Source: Candidatus Microgenomatus sp.
GTDB lineage: Bacteria; Patescibacteriota; Minisyncoccia; UBA6257; GWB1-50-10
Assembly (NCBI GenBank): GCA_020724805.1
Contig: DYGI01000001.1
Coordinates: 303,157-367,156 of the forward strand
Direction of reading: 5' to 3'
DNA length: 64,000 bases
Shown here: piece by piece, positions 10,440-19,577 of the stretch
How the letters are laid out: the number at the start of each line of letters is the position of its first letter
Numbering within the stretch: position 1 is the first letter of the stretch
The notes under the pieces: model-generated
The model's database searches: none
Told to the model about the DNA's origin: nothing
The model's input: the letters and a program-made list of their open reading frames with translations, nothing else
Program-made: the position numbers and the translations under genes

Positions 10440-11289
10440 ACGTTTTATATTTCTTTTATTCGCGCTTCTCGCGGTTCTCAATGTATGGCTTTTCCGCGCG
10501 CTTGGCGCGGGTTCCTCATCCGATATCTCCGTGTCGTTTCTTGATGTAGGTCAGGGAGATGCGGCGCTCATTGCGCTTGAGAATGACGTACAAATTCTTA
10601 TCGACGGTGGTCCCCCAAACGGGAAACTTGTCGGAGAGCTTGGGGAAATGATGCCTGCGCACGATCGCACGATAGAGCTTGTTATTCTCACACATCCCGA
10701 ACTGGACCACTATGGCGGCTTTATTCCGCTCCTCGAGCGCTACGAAGTAAAAGTATTCGCCGATGCGGGAGTGAAGAAGGAAATCGAGGCGTACGAAATG
10801 CTTGAGCGGCTCATTGCGGAAAAAAATATTCGCCGCGTGGTTTTAAGAGAAGGAGATCGCATACGGTACGGTTCGCATATTTTTTCGATACTTTCTCCCG
10901 ACAATGCGCGTGCCGAATCGAACGCAAAAAACGATACTAGTATAGTGCTCACATTCGAAACGAATGGAGCGCGATTCCTTTTTACGGGGGATATCAGCGT
11001 TGATGTTGAACGAGCGCTCGTACCAGCGCTTACGGCGCCATACGATGTTTTGAAGGTTTCGCACCACGGTTCAAAGTTTTCATCCGCGGCCGAATTTCTC
11101 GCGGCGGTCCGGCCAACGCTTGCCACCATAGGAGTGGGGGAAAATTCATATGGCCATCCGACCTCCGAGGCGCTCTCGCGGCTCACATCGAGCGGTGCAC
11201 GCGTATATCGCACCGACCGTGATGGCACGGTCACGGTTCGCGTTGCGGACCGTGCGTTGCGGGTTTTTGCCGAACAAAAAGAGAGGTGA
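10432..11289 (+). CDS. MBL-fold metallo-hydrolase (ComEC C-terminal beta-lactamase-like domain encoded as a separate secreted/anchored protein)
   Basis: Own N-terminal signal/TM segment, then LDVGQGDAALI...HPELDHYGG...VSHHGS, typical of the ComEC MBL domain. Confidence 0.75.
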   Translation: MRKRFIFLLFALLAVLNVWLFRALGAGSSSDISVSFLDVGQGDAALIALENDVQILIDGGPPNGKLVGELGEMMPAHDRTIELVILTHPELDHYGGFIPLLERYEVKVFADAGVKKEIEAYEMLERLIAEKNIRRVVLREGDRIRYGSHIFSILSPDNARAESNAKNDTSIVLTFETNGARFLFTGDISVDVERALVPALTAPYDVLKVSHHGSKFSSAAEFLAAVRPTLATIGVGENSYGHPTSEALSRLTSSGARVYRTDRDGTVTVRVADRALRVFAEQKER

Positions 11290-12764
11290 TATCATCACAT
11301 CATATGGAACGGACGCTCATACGGGATATTCCCACGAAAGAAGGGGAGGAAATCATATTGAAGGGGTGGGTCGATACGAGGCGCGACCACGGCAAACTCA
11401 TATTCATCGACCTTCGGGACCGCACTGGCATTGCGCAGGTGGTGTTGAAGGATGCGGTGGAGCATGCGGGTGATATTCGAAACGAGGACGTCATTGAACT
11501 TCGTGGAAGCGTGAAAGCGCGTCCCGAGGGTATGGTGAATGAAAAACTTCCGAATCATTTGGGGCACTACGAGGTGCAGGCGAGCGCATTTTCGTTCCTT
11601 AACCGGCGTGCAGGGGAGGGACTTCCAGTGCCATTGGAGGGAGACGGATATGACGTGAATGAGGAGGTTCGCATGCAATACCGCTATGTGGACCTGCGTC
11701 GCGCGCGGCTTCAAAAAAACCTTCGCAATCGCTCAAAAGCCACGCAATTCATAAGGAATTTCCTTGCCGAGAGAGATTTTACCGAGGTGGAAACGCCGAT
11801 TCTTACGAAATCCACGCCGGAAGGCGCGCGCGACTACCTCGTGCCTTCTCGTCTCTATCACGGGAAGTTTTATGCGCTCCCGCAGGCGCCTCAGCAGTAC
11901 AAACAATTGCTTATGGTCGCGGGGCTTGAGCGATATTTTCAAATCGCTCGATGTTTTCGCGATGAAGACACGCGCGGCGACCGCCAACCCGAGTTCACAC
12001 AGTTGGACCTCGAGATGAGTTTCGTGGCGCGCGAAGACGTCATGGCGCTCAATGAAGAACTGCTTATCGCGCTCGTCGAGACACTTTATCCCGGAAAGCG
12101 CATTCAAGAAAAACCATTTCCGCGTCTCTCGTATACTGACGTGGTGAAAAAATACGGCACGGATCGGCCCGATCTCCGTGCGGATAAGAACGATCCTAAC
12201 CTTCTCGCATTCGCGTGGATAATAGACTTTCCCTTTTTCGAACGGGTTCCACCCGTTCGTCCCGAGCGAAGTCGAGGGATGAGCCCTTCGACAGACTCAC
12301 CACAAACTTCTAAGGAGGTTTGGACCTTCACGCACAATCCGTTTTCCGCACCCAAACCCGAATTCATGGCCGACCTGCTTGCGGGAAAAAATGTCGGCGA
12401 CATTCTCACGTCGCAGTACGATGTGGTTTTGAACGGGTGGGAGATCGGCGGAGGGAGCATTCGGAATCACGAGTCGCGCGCGCTGGAGGCAGTGTTTAAT
12501 ATTCTCGGTTTTACCGCGGAACGTATCAAAGCGAACTTCGGTCACATGCTTGAAGCACTTTCGCTCGGCGCGCCGCCGCATGGCGGTATCGCGTGGGGAT
12601 TGGATCGTGTGGTGATGCTCCTTGAGAATGAACCGAACATCCGTGAAGTCATCGCGTTTCCGAAAACCGGCGATGGACGTGACCCGATGATGGATTCTCC
12701 GTCGGAGGTGGAAAAAGAACAGTTGGAAGAACTTGGATTGGAGATAAAAAAGAAAAAGAGATAA
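11286..12764 (+). CDS. aspS: Aspartyl-tRNA synthetase, compact form
   Basis: Class II aaRS motifs (FRDEDTRGDRQPEFTQLDLEMSF, GGGSIR) and N-terminal OB fold; 492 aa. Confidence 0.85.
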   Translation: MISSHHMERTLIRDIPTKEGEEIILKGWVDTRRDHGKLIFIDLRDRTGIAQVVLKDAVEHAGDIRNEDVIELRGSVKARPEGMVNEKLPNHLGHYEVQASAFSFLNRRAGEGLPVPLEGDGYDVNEEVRMQYRYVDLRRARLQKNLRNRSKATQFIRNFLAERDFTEVETPILTKSTPEGARDYLVPSRLYHGKFYALPQAPQQYKQLLMVAGLERYFQIARCFRDEDTRGDRQPEFTQLDLEMSFVAREDVMALNEELLIALVETLYPGKRIQEKPFPRLSYTDVVKKYGTDRPDLRADKNDPNLLAFAWIIDFPFFERVPPVRPERSRGMSPSTDSPQTSKEVWTFTHNPFSAPKPEFMADLLAGKNVGDILTSQYDVVLNGWEIGGGSIRNHESRALEAVFNILGFTAERIKANFGHMLEALSLGAPPHGGIAWGLDRVVMLLENEPNIREVIAFPKTGDGRDPMMDSPSEVEKEQLEELGLEIKKKKR

Positions 12765-12772
12765 AAATAATC

Positions 12773-13375
12773 ATGGCAAACAAAAAAGAACGAACGCTGG
12801 TCATCATCAAACCCGACGGCGTGCAGCGCGGACTCATTGGAGAAGTTATTCAACGGTATGAACGCACGGGGCTGAAGCTCGTAGGGCTCAAAATGGTGAT
12901 TGTGGATGAGGCGCTGGCTGAAAAACACTATCTTGTTGATCCGGAGTGGAAGAGAAAATCTGGACAGAAAACCATCGATTCGTATCTCAAAAAAGGATTA
13001 ACACCGCCCTCCGACGATCCTGAGAAGGTCGGAGATATCACTTTGGGGAAATTAAGGAAATTTATGACTTCAGGGCCGGTGGTTGCGATGGTGTGGCAAG
13101 GGATGCATGCGGTGGGAGTAGTGAGAAAGATAACGGGAGGCACCGAGCCGCTTACGTCGGATGTCGGCACCATCCGCGGGGATTTTACCGTCGATTCGTA
13201 TGAGGTTTCGGACGAGGACAACCGTGCAACACGCAACATTGTGCATGCGTCGGGGTCCGCGGAGGAGGCGGAGAAGGAAATTTTGCTTTGGTTCAAGCCG
13301 GAGGAGCTCTTGAGCTACCGTCTTGTCGGCGACGCCATCCTCTATGACGTCAACTTAGACGGAATTTTGGAATAG
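12773..13375 (+). CDS. ndk: Nucleoside diphosphate kinase, with an insertion
   Basis: RTLVIIKPDGVQRGLIGEVI and NIVHASGS motifs. Confidence 0.85.
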   Translation: MANKKERTLVIIKPDGVQRGLIGEVIQRYERTGLKLVGLKMVIVDEALAEKHYLVDPEWKRKSGQKTIDSYLKKGLTPPSDDPEKVGDITLGKLRKFMTSGPVVAMVWQGMHAVGVVRKITGGTEPLTSDVGTIRGDFTVDSYEVSDEDNRATRNIVHASGSAEEAEKEILLWFKPEELLSYRLVGDAILYDVNLDGILE

Positions 13376-13392
13376 CTGTCAAATACTTATCC

Positions 13393-13421
13393 ACTTTGGT
13401 CGGTTTCGGCGGGAGTATAAT
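13393..13421 (+). promoter_or_regulatory. Candidate sigma-70-like promoter (perfect TATAAT at 13416-13421) driving a non-coding transcript
   Basis: TATAAT with a weak -35 (actttg, 17-bp spacer); no CDS downstream before a terminator at 13567-13588. Confidence 0.35.
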
Positions 13422-13427
13422 GGTGGT

Positions 13428-13588
13428 AGGAAGTCCTGCTTTTAGATTCCGGATCAAATAAATTTGAAATGGGATTCTTAATCGTCCCGACCTGTGGGGA
13501 GGGACTGCGGAAACCCACGTAGATCAGAAGCCGGGAATCATGAGGTAGAACTTCCTGTTAAAAATCACGTGCGCAGCACGCGATTTTT
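13428..13588 (+). ncRNA. Candidate small RNA (about 160 nt) bounded by the promoter and a terminator hairpin
   Basis: Promoter as above; terminator cgtgc-gca-gcacg followed by a T6 run; no credible ORF; carries short RNase P-like motifs (GGAAGUCC, GGAAACCCACG, CAGAAGCCGGG). Confidence 0.3.
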
Positions 13589-13646
13589 TGTACGTTCGGC
13601 CTGTTGGCCTCAGTACTTCCTCACCTGCGTTTGTCAGTTTGTTTTG

Positions 13647-13717
13647 TCGGGCCGCCGGGAATTGAACCCGGTCTACATGCACCCCATGCATGCGTACTGC
13701 CGGTATACTACGGCCCG
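13647..13717 (-). tRNA. tRNA-Pro (anticodon GGG)
   Basis: Manual cloverleaf fold: acceptor CGGGCCG/CGGCCCG, D-arm GTAT/GTAC, anticodon stem CATGC/GCATG with loop AUGGGGU, T-arm CCGGG-TTCAATT-CCCGG, discriminator A; no encoded CCA. Confidence 0.85.
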
Positions 13718-13758
13718 TGAACGGAGCGAAAATATGCTAAAAGTATATTTTTGCGAAG

Positions 13759-13788
13759 TGAGCGGGACGCATGCGAAGCATACGGCCC
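13759..13788. repeat. 30-nt direct repeat, copy 1 (TGAGCGGGACGCATGCGAAGCATACGGCCC)
   Basis: Identical to 13819..13848; the 30-nt spacer contains the palindrome aatgatt-tacgc-aatcatt. Confidence 0.9.
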
Positions 13789-13818
13789 GAAATGATTTAC
13801 GCAATCATTCTTTCTGAA

Positions 13819-13848
13819 TGAGCGGGACGCATGCGAAGCATACGGCCC
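13819..13848. repeat. 30-nt direct repeat, copy 2
   Basis: Exact copy of 13759..13788. Confidence 0.9.
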
Positions 13849-13955
13849 AACACATTTTCCTGTTTCCATCCTACCTCATCGCTTCTTGTGTTCGCAATGG
13901 GGAGATAGTAGGGTAGAGTGAGCAATTTACATCACCACTACCCACAGGAGGGAAT

Positions 13956-14135
13956 ATGGAAGAACGCGATAACCCGCCCGCAAAAAAGGAGCGGACGCTT
14001 CGTGGGAAGGGAAAGATTTTCGATGTTCTCTTTCGTTGGCCGCTCCTTCCCGAAGAGCCACTGGAAGCAGTTCTAAAATCGTTAAGGAAAAAAAGGAGGA
14101 AGTTGTTGGTGCGCCTCGGATTCTTGGATACATGA
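13956..14135 (+). CDS. Hypothetical small basic protein (59 aa)
   Basis: Strong RBS caggaggg 5 nt before the ATG; ends just before a bidirectional terminator; falls below the cutoff of the ORF track. Confidence 0.3.
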   Translation: MEERDNPPAKKERTLRGKGKIFDVLFRWPLLPEEPLEAVLKSLRKKRRKLLVRLGFLDT

Positions 14136-14151
14136 GGCGAATGGGGAGAAA

Positions 14152-14187
14152 CAAAAAAGGAGCGCCGATGCGCTCCTTTATTTTTTT
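14152..14187. terminator. Bidirectional Rho-independent terminator
   Basis: Perfect hairpin ggagcgc-cgat-gcgctcc flanked by an A-run and a T-run; serves rpmB (minus strand) and the small plus-strand ORF. Confidence 0.75.
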
Positions 14188-14390
14188 ACTGCTTTCTTCC
14201 TCGCCGGCTTCCGCGTGATGGTGCGCAAGCACCGAGTGCAGAGGAGCACTCGTTTGCCGGAAATATAAGAACGCGTCCACTGAAGGTTGGCCTTCTTCTG
14301 CCCGTACGTGGTCGGGTTATAGTGGCCGCGAAGAAGCTTTCGAGTGCCACCTCCTTTATACGATTTTCCGCACCGAGCACATTCGCGCAT
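14178..14390 (-). CDS. rpmB: 50S ribosomal protein L28
   Basis: MRECARCGKSYKGGGTRKLLRGHYNPTTYGQKKANLQW...CTRCL bL28 pattern. It is the C-terminal 70 aa of the long 14178..15053 minus-strand ORF; the remainder overlaps the M50 gene and is spurious. Confidence 0.8.
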   Translation of the reverse strand: MRECARCGKSYKGGGTRKLLRGHYNPTTYGQKKANLQWTRSYISGKRVLLCTRCLRTITRKPARKKAVKK

Positions 14391-14457
14391 AGTAATGGGA
14401 AGAATAGCGAGGTGTGCGCGAGGTGTCAATAATGGTCCGTTAATATATGATGGACGT

Positions 14458-15078
14458 ATGGAAATCGTGTTTTCTGTTATCGTGCTCGTGTTTTCTGTGG
14501 TCATCCACGAAGTTTCGCACGGCGTGGTGGCCGAGAAACTTGGTGACCCGACCGCGCGGCTTGCGGGGCGGCTTACGTTGAATCCATTGAAGCATTTGGA
14601 TCCTTTCGGATCGGTTATTCTTCCGCTTCTCCTTTCTCTTCTCCCCGGCGGTGTTATTTTCGGGTGGGCGAAACCGGTACCATATGACCCGAGGAATCTT
14701 CGACATCCGGCGCGTGATGGCGCGTTGGTCGCTGCCGCCGGGCCAGTATCTAATCTCGCGCTCGCGCTTGTGTTCGGCCTTCTTTTCCAATTTTTTTCTC
14801 CGGGACCGGGAGAAACTGCAGTGGTGAACGAACTATTTCCTGCGCTTTTGGCGCAGATAGTCATCGTGAACGTTTTTCTTGCTGTCTTTAATCTTGTACC
14901 TATCCCGCCCCTCGACGGCTCCAAGGTGCTTTTTTGGCTTCTTCCCGACTCCACCCATGAATTCCGCATATTTCTCGAGCGATACGGGTTCTTTATTCTC
15001 CTTTTTTTCATTTTCTTCGGTATCCAGGTTATCGTGCCGGTGGTGCTTCGCATTGTCTCCTTCTTCTTGGGCGTCTAG
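14458..15078 (+). CDS. Site-2 protease family (peptidase M50) membrane metalloprotease
   Basis: HEVSHG zinc motif in the first TM helix, LNPLKHLDPFG; start placed at MEIVFSV to avoid overlap with rpmB. Confidence 0.8.
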   Translation: MEIVFSVIVLVFSVVIHEVSHGVVAEKLGDPTARLAGRLTLNPLKHLDPFGSVILPLLLSLLPGGVIFGWAKPVPYDPRNLRHPARDGALVAAAGPVSNLALALVFGLLFQFFSPGPGETAVVNELFPALLAQIVIVNVFLAVFNLVPIPPLDGSKVLFWLLPDSTHEFRIFLERYGFFILLFFIFFGIQVIVPVVLRIVSFFLGV

Positions 15079-15185
15079 TTGATGGTTCAAAATATTCGCC
15101 ATCAATACTGAGCGGAAAAAGTGCGAAGTATTGACCGATTTTAGCTTCCCTTATATACTTTCCCACGCGTGGAAGCACGCATTTT

Positions 15186-15608
15186 TTGATGCCCACAGTC
15201 AATCAACTCATCAAAAAAGGACGCTCCAAATCGTCCGGGAAGGATAAAACCCCGGCGCTTGGTTATTATTTCAATTATCTTAAGAATCGCCCGGTGAACT
15301 CGCCCTCGCCTTTCAAGCGGGGAGTATGCGTGAAGGTGTTTACCACCACGCCGAAAAAACCGAACTCCGCGCTCCGGAAGGTCGCGCGCGTTCGCCTTAC
15401 GAATGGCATGGAAGTTACGGCGTACATTCCGGGAGAGGGCCACAATCTTCAGGAACACTCGGTCGTTATGATCCGCGGAGGCCGTGTGAAGGACCTTCCC
15501 GGTGTCCGTTATCACATTGTGCGTGGGGTACTCGATACGCAGGGCGTGACAGCGCGCAAACAGCAGCGCTCGAAATATGGGGCAAAGGTGGCCAAAGCGG
15601 CAAAATAA
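15186..15608 (+). CDS. rpsL: 30S ribosomal protein S12
   Basis: [11 protein letters not shown]...HNLQEHS...[14 protein letters not shown]. Confidence 0.95.
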   Translation: MMPTVNQLIKKGRSKSSGKDKTPALGYYFNYLKNRPVNSPSPFKRGVCVKVFTTTPKKPNSALRKVARVRLTNGMEVTAYIPGEGHNLQEHSVVMIRGGRVKDLPGVRYHIVRGVLDTQGVTARKQQRSKYGAKVAKAAK

Positions 15609-15611
15609 AGT

Positions 15612-16082
15612 ATGAGAAGGAAGAACTTCAAGCGCCCCACTCTTAGCGTCGACCCATCCTATGACCGGACGGACATCGGTCGTTTTGTGAACTATGTGAT
15701 GGAAGACGGAAAGAAATCAGTGGCGGAAGAGATCGTATACAATGCGTTTGCGAAGGTGAAGGAGGAAACAAAAGAAGACCCGGTGAAAGTGTTTGAGCGC
15801 GCGATGGAGAATGCAACTCCACTTGTGGAAGTGGTGTCGCGGCGTGTCGGTGGTGCGAACTATCAGATTCCGCAGGAAGTGCGGCCGGAGCGAAAATTCT
15901 ATCTTGCGACCCATTGGATTATCGCCGCGGCGCGCGCGAAGAAAGGGAAGCCGATGGCGGACCGTCTCGCGGAAGAGCTCATGCTCGCCGCAAAGAATGA
16001 AGGGACCGCGATCAAAAAGAAGCAGGACATGCACCGCATGGCGGAAGCGAACCGCGCATTCGCAAGTTTGCTTCGCCGGTAA
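15612..16082 (+). CDS. rpsG: 30S ribosomal protein S7
   Basis: Conserved S7 sequence; str-operon position. Confidence 0.95.
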   Translation: MRRKNFKRPTLSVDPSYDRTDIGRFVNYVMEDGKKSVAEEIVYNAFAKVKEETKEDPVKVFERAMENATPLVEVVSRRVGGANYQIPQEVRPERKFYLATHWIIAAARAKKGKPMADRLAEELMLAAKNEGTAIKKKQDMHRMAEANRAFASLLRR

Positions 16083-16088
16083 TCTCAT

Positions 16089-18197
16089 ATGGCACGACAG
16101 TATCCAATGGAGCGGGTGCGTGATTTCGGTATCATCGCGCACATTGACGCGGGGAAAACCACCGTTTCGGAGCGGGTACTTTTTTATACCGGCGTTTCCC
16201 ACAAGATCGGCGAGGTGCACGAAGGCGATACGGTGATGGACTGGATGGAGCAGGAGCGCGAACGCGGTATCACTATCACGTCGGCGGCGACGACCTGTTT
16301 CTGGACGCCGACGTACGCGGCAGGCGATAAATCGAAGGAACACCGTTTCAATCTTATTGATACTCCGGGTCACATCGACTTCACCGTGGAGGTGAAGCGC
16401 TCGCTTCGCGTGCTCGACGGTGCGGTCGTCGTGTTCGACGGAGTTGCGGGCGTAGAACCGCAGTCGGAGACCAACTGGCGTTATGCGGACGAGTACCATG
16501 TGCCGCGTCTGTGCTTCATCAATAAATTGGACCGGATGGGAGCGAACTTCGACCATGATATTCAATCCATCAGAGAACGACTCACCACGAATCTTGCGAT
16601 TCTTCAGCTCCCCATCGGCATTGAAGGGACATTCGAGGGAGTGGTGGATCTTTTGACTCGCGCCGCATATCGCTTTGAGGGAGAGCGCGGTGAAAAGATA
16701 GTGAAGGGCGAAATTCCCGAAGACATGAAGGAAAAGGTGGAGAAATACCGCCATGATCTCATCGAGCGCATCGCGGAAACCGACGACAAATTGCTCCACT
16801 CATATCTCGAAGGAAAAGAGCCGACGCTTGAAGAATTGAAGAAGGCGCTCCGTGCGGCGACTTTGAAAGTACGCTTGGTGCCCGTGCTCTGCGGCTCGGC
16901 GCTCAAGAATAAAGGGGTGCAGTTGGTGTTGGATGCGGTGGTGGATTATCTTCCGTCGCCACTGGATGTGCCGCCAGTGAAGGGCATAAACCCCGAAACG
17001 CACGCCGAGGAGGAGCGAAAACCTTCCGACGATGAACCTCTAGCGGCGCTCGCGTTCAAAATCGCGGCGGACCCGTTCGTCGGTTCTTTGACTTATTTCC
17101 GCATTTATTCGGGAGTGATGAAGCGCGGAAGCTACATTTTGAATTCGGTGAAAAATGAACAGGAGCGCGTGGGCCGTATTATGCGGATGCACGCGAACCA
17201 CCGTGAAGAAGTGGAAGAAATTTACGCGGGAGATTTGGGCGCCATCGTAGGACTTAAGAACACCACGACCGGCGATTCACTCGTGGATCCCGCAAAGCCG
17301 ATTATTCTGGAAAAAATCACGTTCCCCGAACCGGTTATTACTATCCGCATTGAGCCGAAGACGAAAGCCGACCAGGAAAAAATGGGTATCGCACTTCACC
17401 GTCTTGCGGAAGAGGACCCGACGTTCCGCGTGTCGGGAGATGCGGACACCGGGGAAACGCTTATTGCCGGTATGGGCGAGCTCCACTTGGAAATCATCGT
17501 GGACCGCATGAAGCGGGAATTCAATGTGGAAGCGAATGTCGGTCGGCCGCAGGTGGCGTACAAAGAAACCATCAAAGGCAAGGCGGATGCGGAAGGGAAA
17601 TATATTCGCCAGTCGGGCGGTAAGGGTCAATACGGTCATGTGAAGATAAAAATTGAGCCGATGGAACGTGGTAAGGGTTATGAGTTTGTGGATGAGATCA
17701 AGGGTGGTGCCATCCCGCAGGAATTCATCGCGCCGGTGGAGAAAGGATTGGAAGAGGCCATCGCGAAGGGTGTGCTCGCTGGGTACCCAATGACTGACTT
17801 GAAGGTGACGCTCTACGATGGTTCGTACCACGACGTGGACTCCTCGGAATTTGCGTTCAAGATTGCGGCATCCATGGCGCTTCAGGAAGCGGCGAAGCAG
17901 GCGAAGACGGTGCTCCTTGAACCCATCATGAAGGTGCAAGTTATCGCGCCTGACCAATTCTTGGGCGACGTGACCGGCGACCTTTCCTCGCGCCGGGCAA
18001 AAATCACGGCGATGGGGGAGCGCGGTATGGCGCGCGTGGTGGATGCGGATGTGCCGCTCGCTGAGATGTTCGGGTACGTAACGAACTTGCGGTCTATGAC
18101 GCAAGGACGCGGGTCATTCACCATGGAATTCAGTCACTACGATGAAGTGCCGGGGAATGTGGCGACTGCGGTGATTGAAGGGAGAACGAAAAAGTAA
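16089..18197 (+). CDS. fusA: Elongation factor G
   Basis: G-domain [21 protein letters not shown]; 702 aa. Confidence 0.95.
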   Translation: MARQYPMERVRDFGIIAHIDAGKTTVSERVLFYTGVSHKIGEVHEGDTVMDWMEQERERGITITSAATTCFWTPTYAAGDKSKEHRFNLIDTPGHIDFTVEVKRSLRVLDGAVVVFDGVAGVEPQSETNWRYADEYHVPRLCFINKLDRMGANFDHDIQSIRERLTTNLAILQLPIGIEGTFEGVVDLLTRAAYRFEGERGEKIVKGEIPEDMKEKVEKYRHDLIERIAETDDKLLHSYLEGKEPTLEELKKALRAATLKVRLVPVLCGSALKNKGVQLVLDAVVDYLPSPLDVPPVKGINPETHAEEERKPSDDEPLAALAFKIAADPFVGSLTYFRIYSGVMKRGSYILNSVKNEQERVGRIMRMHANHREEVEEIYAGDLGAIVGLKNTTTGDSLVDPAKPIILEKITFPEPVITIRIEPKTKADQEKMGIALHRLAEEDPTFRVSGDADTGETLIAGMGELHLEIIVDRMKREFNVEANVGRPQVAYKETIKGKADAEGKYIRQSGGKGQYGHVKIKIEPMERGKGYEFVDEIKGGAIPQEFIAPVEKGLEEAIAKGVLAGYPMTDLKVTLYDGSYHDVDSSEFAFKIAASMALQEAAKQAKTVLLEPIMKVQVIAPDQFLGDVTGDLSSRRAKITAMGERGMARVVDADVPLAEMFGYVTNLRSMTQGRGSFTMEFSHYDEVPGNVATAVIEGRTKK

Positions 18198-18293
18198 CGA
18201 CGCGGGTATTGTCAAAACAGCACGCGGGTGCTATTTTATTTTTCAGCTGCTTCGAAGTTTTTCTCCAACTCAAGAACAGAAAGGAGGTCAGTA

Positions 18294-18728
18294 ATGGAAG
18301 ATGCAATATCGCGCAGGCATTGGTCTGTGCGCCTTCACCGCGCAAAAACGGCAACGCGTGCTTTCCAACTTCTCGCGCAGGCGGATGCTGCAGGAATGCT
18401 CGCGTGGGATTGCGATCTCGAGCGGGAAAATGAAAAGACGCGGAAGGTGACGACCGCCCTTATGACAAGGCGGATGAATATTTTTATCACTATCCGCGCG
18501 CCAAGTGCCCGCGCCATCCTCTTCGTAACGCTCCGTGGTGTGGTGTGCCGCTCACGCAGGGTCCGATGGGAAAGAAGGCATATGGTTGCTCTCTCGCGCG
18601 ATCCCGCGCTTTGGAAGGCGGCGAATGGATTTTTTGAGAAAATCCGCGACCGCGCCATTGAACTAAATCTCAAAATTTTGAGCGGTCTCGCGGAAGAGCA
18701 GCGAACATCCTGCGCCGCCTTGAACTAA
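18294..18728 (+). CDS. Hypothetical protein (144 aa) inserted between fusA and tuf
   Basis: Strong RBS aaaggagg 6 nt upstream of the ATG; terminator hairpin gcgccgcctt...aaggcggcgc plus a T-run at its end. Confidence 0.5.
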   Translation: MEDAISRRHWSVRLHRAKTATRAFQLLAQADAAGMLAWDCDLERENEKTRKVTTALMTRRMNIFITIRAPSARAILFVTLRGVVCRSRRVRWERRHMVALSRDPALWKAANGFFEKIRDRAIELNLKILSGLAEEQRTSCAALN

Positions 18729-18745
18729 GGCGGCGCTTATTTTTT
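18708..18745 (+). terminator. Rho-independent terminator
   Basis: gcgccgcctt-gaacta-aggcggcgc followed by ttatttttt. Confidence 0.6.
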
Positions 18746-18759
18746 GGTATAATACCGAT

Positions 18760-19476
18760 ATGAAGCATTTTCTTGTGTTCGGGATTGCGTGCGTGTTAGT
18801 GTTCCCTGCAGTGGTCGGCGCCCAAGGGGAGGCCTTCGCACTTCCCGATCCCGGCGCCCTCCCCGATAGTCCATTCTACTTTTTGAAATCCTGGCGCGAG
18901 GGTGTCCAACTTTTCTTCACGTTCAACGCGGAAAAGAAAGCGGAGCAATACCTTCACCTAGCCGAGGTACGTCTCGCGGAGTACGAGAAGATGCTGGAGA
19001 AGGCCCTTCGACCGGCTCAGGGTGAGTCCGCGGAGCGAACTCAGGCGAAGTATGAGCAAATAGCGGAACGGACGCTCGAAAAGTACGAGAATCAACTGGA
19101 ACGCGCACTCACAAAAGCGGAGGAGCTGAAAGCAGAAGGAGATGTTGTGGCGGACGAGTTGAAACGGGAAGTCGAAGAGACAGCGACGAAACACCTCAAA
19201 GTACTTGAGCGTAATTTGGAGAAAGTGTCCGAGTCCGCGAAGCAGGGCATTGAGCGTGCACTTGAAGCGTCCAAAAAACAGCTTGAGAAGCTGGACGATA
19301 TTTTCGGCGACGAGTTCGACGACTTATTCGAGGATATCGATGAGGACAATATGGAGGATATGGATATCGACGATGTGGATGCGGATGATGACGATGAAGT
19401 GGAAGAGTTGAATGATCTTTTGGACGACACCGGGTTGGAAGATGAGCTCGACAGTCTTCTTGAGGGTCTGGAATAA
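18760..19476 (+). CDS. Secreted coiled-coil protein with an extremely acidic C-terminal tail
   Basis: Signal peptide MKHFLVFGIACVLVFPAVVGAQG, PDSPFYFLK motif, coiled-coil K/E repeats, D/E-rich C-terminus. Confidence 0.6.
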   Translation: MKHFLVFGIACVLVFPAVVGAQGEAFALPDPGALPDSPFYFLKSWREGVQLFFTFNAEKKAEQYLHLAEVRLAEYEKMLEKALRPAQGESAERTQAKYEQIAERTLEKYENQLERALTKAEELKAEGDVVADELKREVEETATKHLKVLERNLEKVSESAKQGIERALEASKKQLEKLDDIFGDEFDDLFEDIDEDNMEDMDIDDVDADDDDEVEELNDLLDDTGLEDELDSLLEGLE

Positions 19477-19577
19477 GGGGGTTGACACTATTTGTGGGAT
19501 ACGCGAGTATATCTAGGCCAATTGATGGCCTCCTTAAAGTCGAAAAGGAGGTAAATATTTTCTCGTAAGAAAACAGT

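Noticed and set aside
13494-13817. 107-aa plus-strand ORF
   Set aside because: It overlaps tRNA-Pro (minus strand) and the direct-repeat region, with no RBS or start context. It is treated as non-coding.
13759-13848. CRISPR array call for the 30/30/30 repeat-spacer-repeat
   Set aside because: Only two repeat copies are present and no cas genes lie in the 64-kb window. It is kept as an unexplained direct-repeat pair rather than a CRISPR array.
14178-15053. 291-aa minus-strand ORF
   Set aside because: Only the last 70 codons (14178..14390) encode a recognisable protein (L28). The upstream 220 codons overlap the well-supported M50 protease gene on the plus strand.
19480-19577. Strong SD-like aaaggagg 26 nt upstream of the tuf ATG
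   Set aside because: It is too far from the tuf start to serve as its RBS, and no in-frame start codon follows it. It is possibly a leader feature, but nothing definable.
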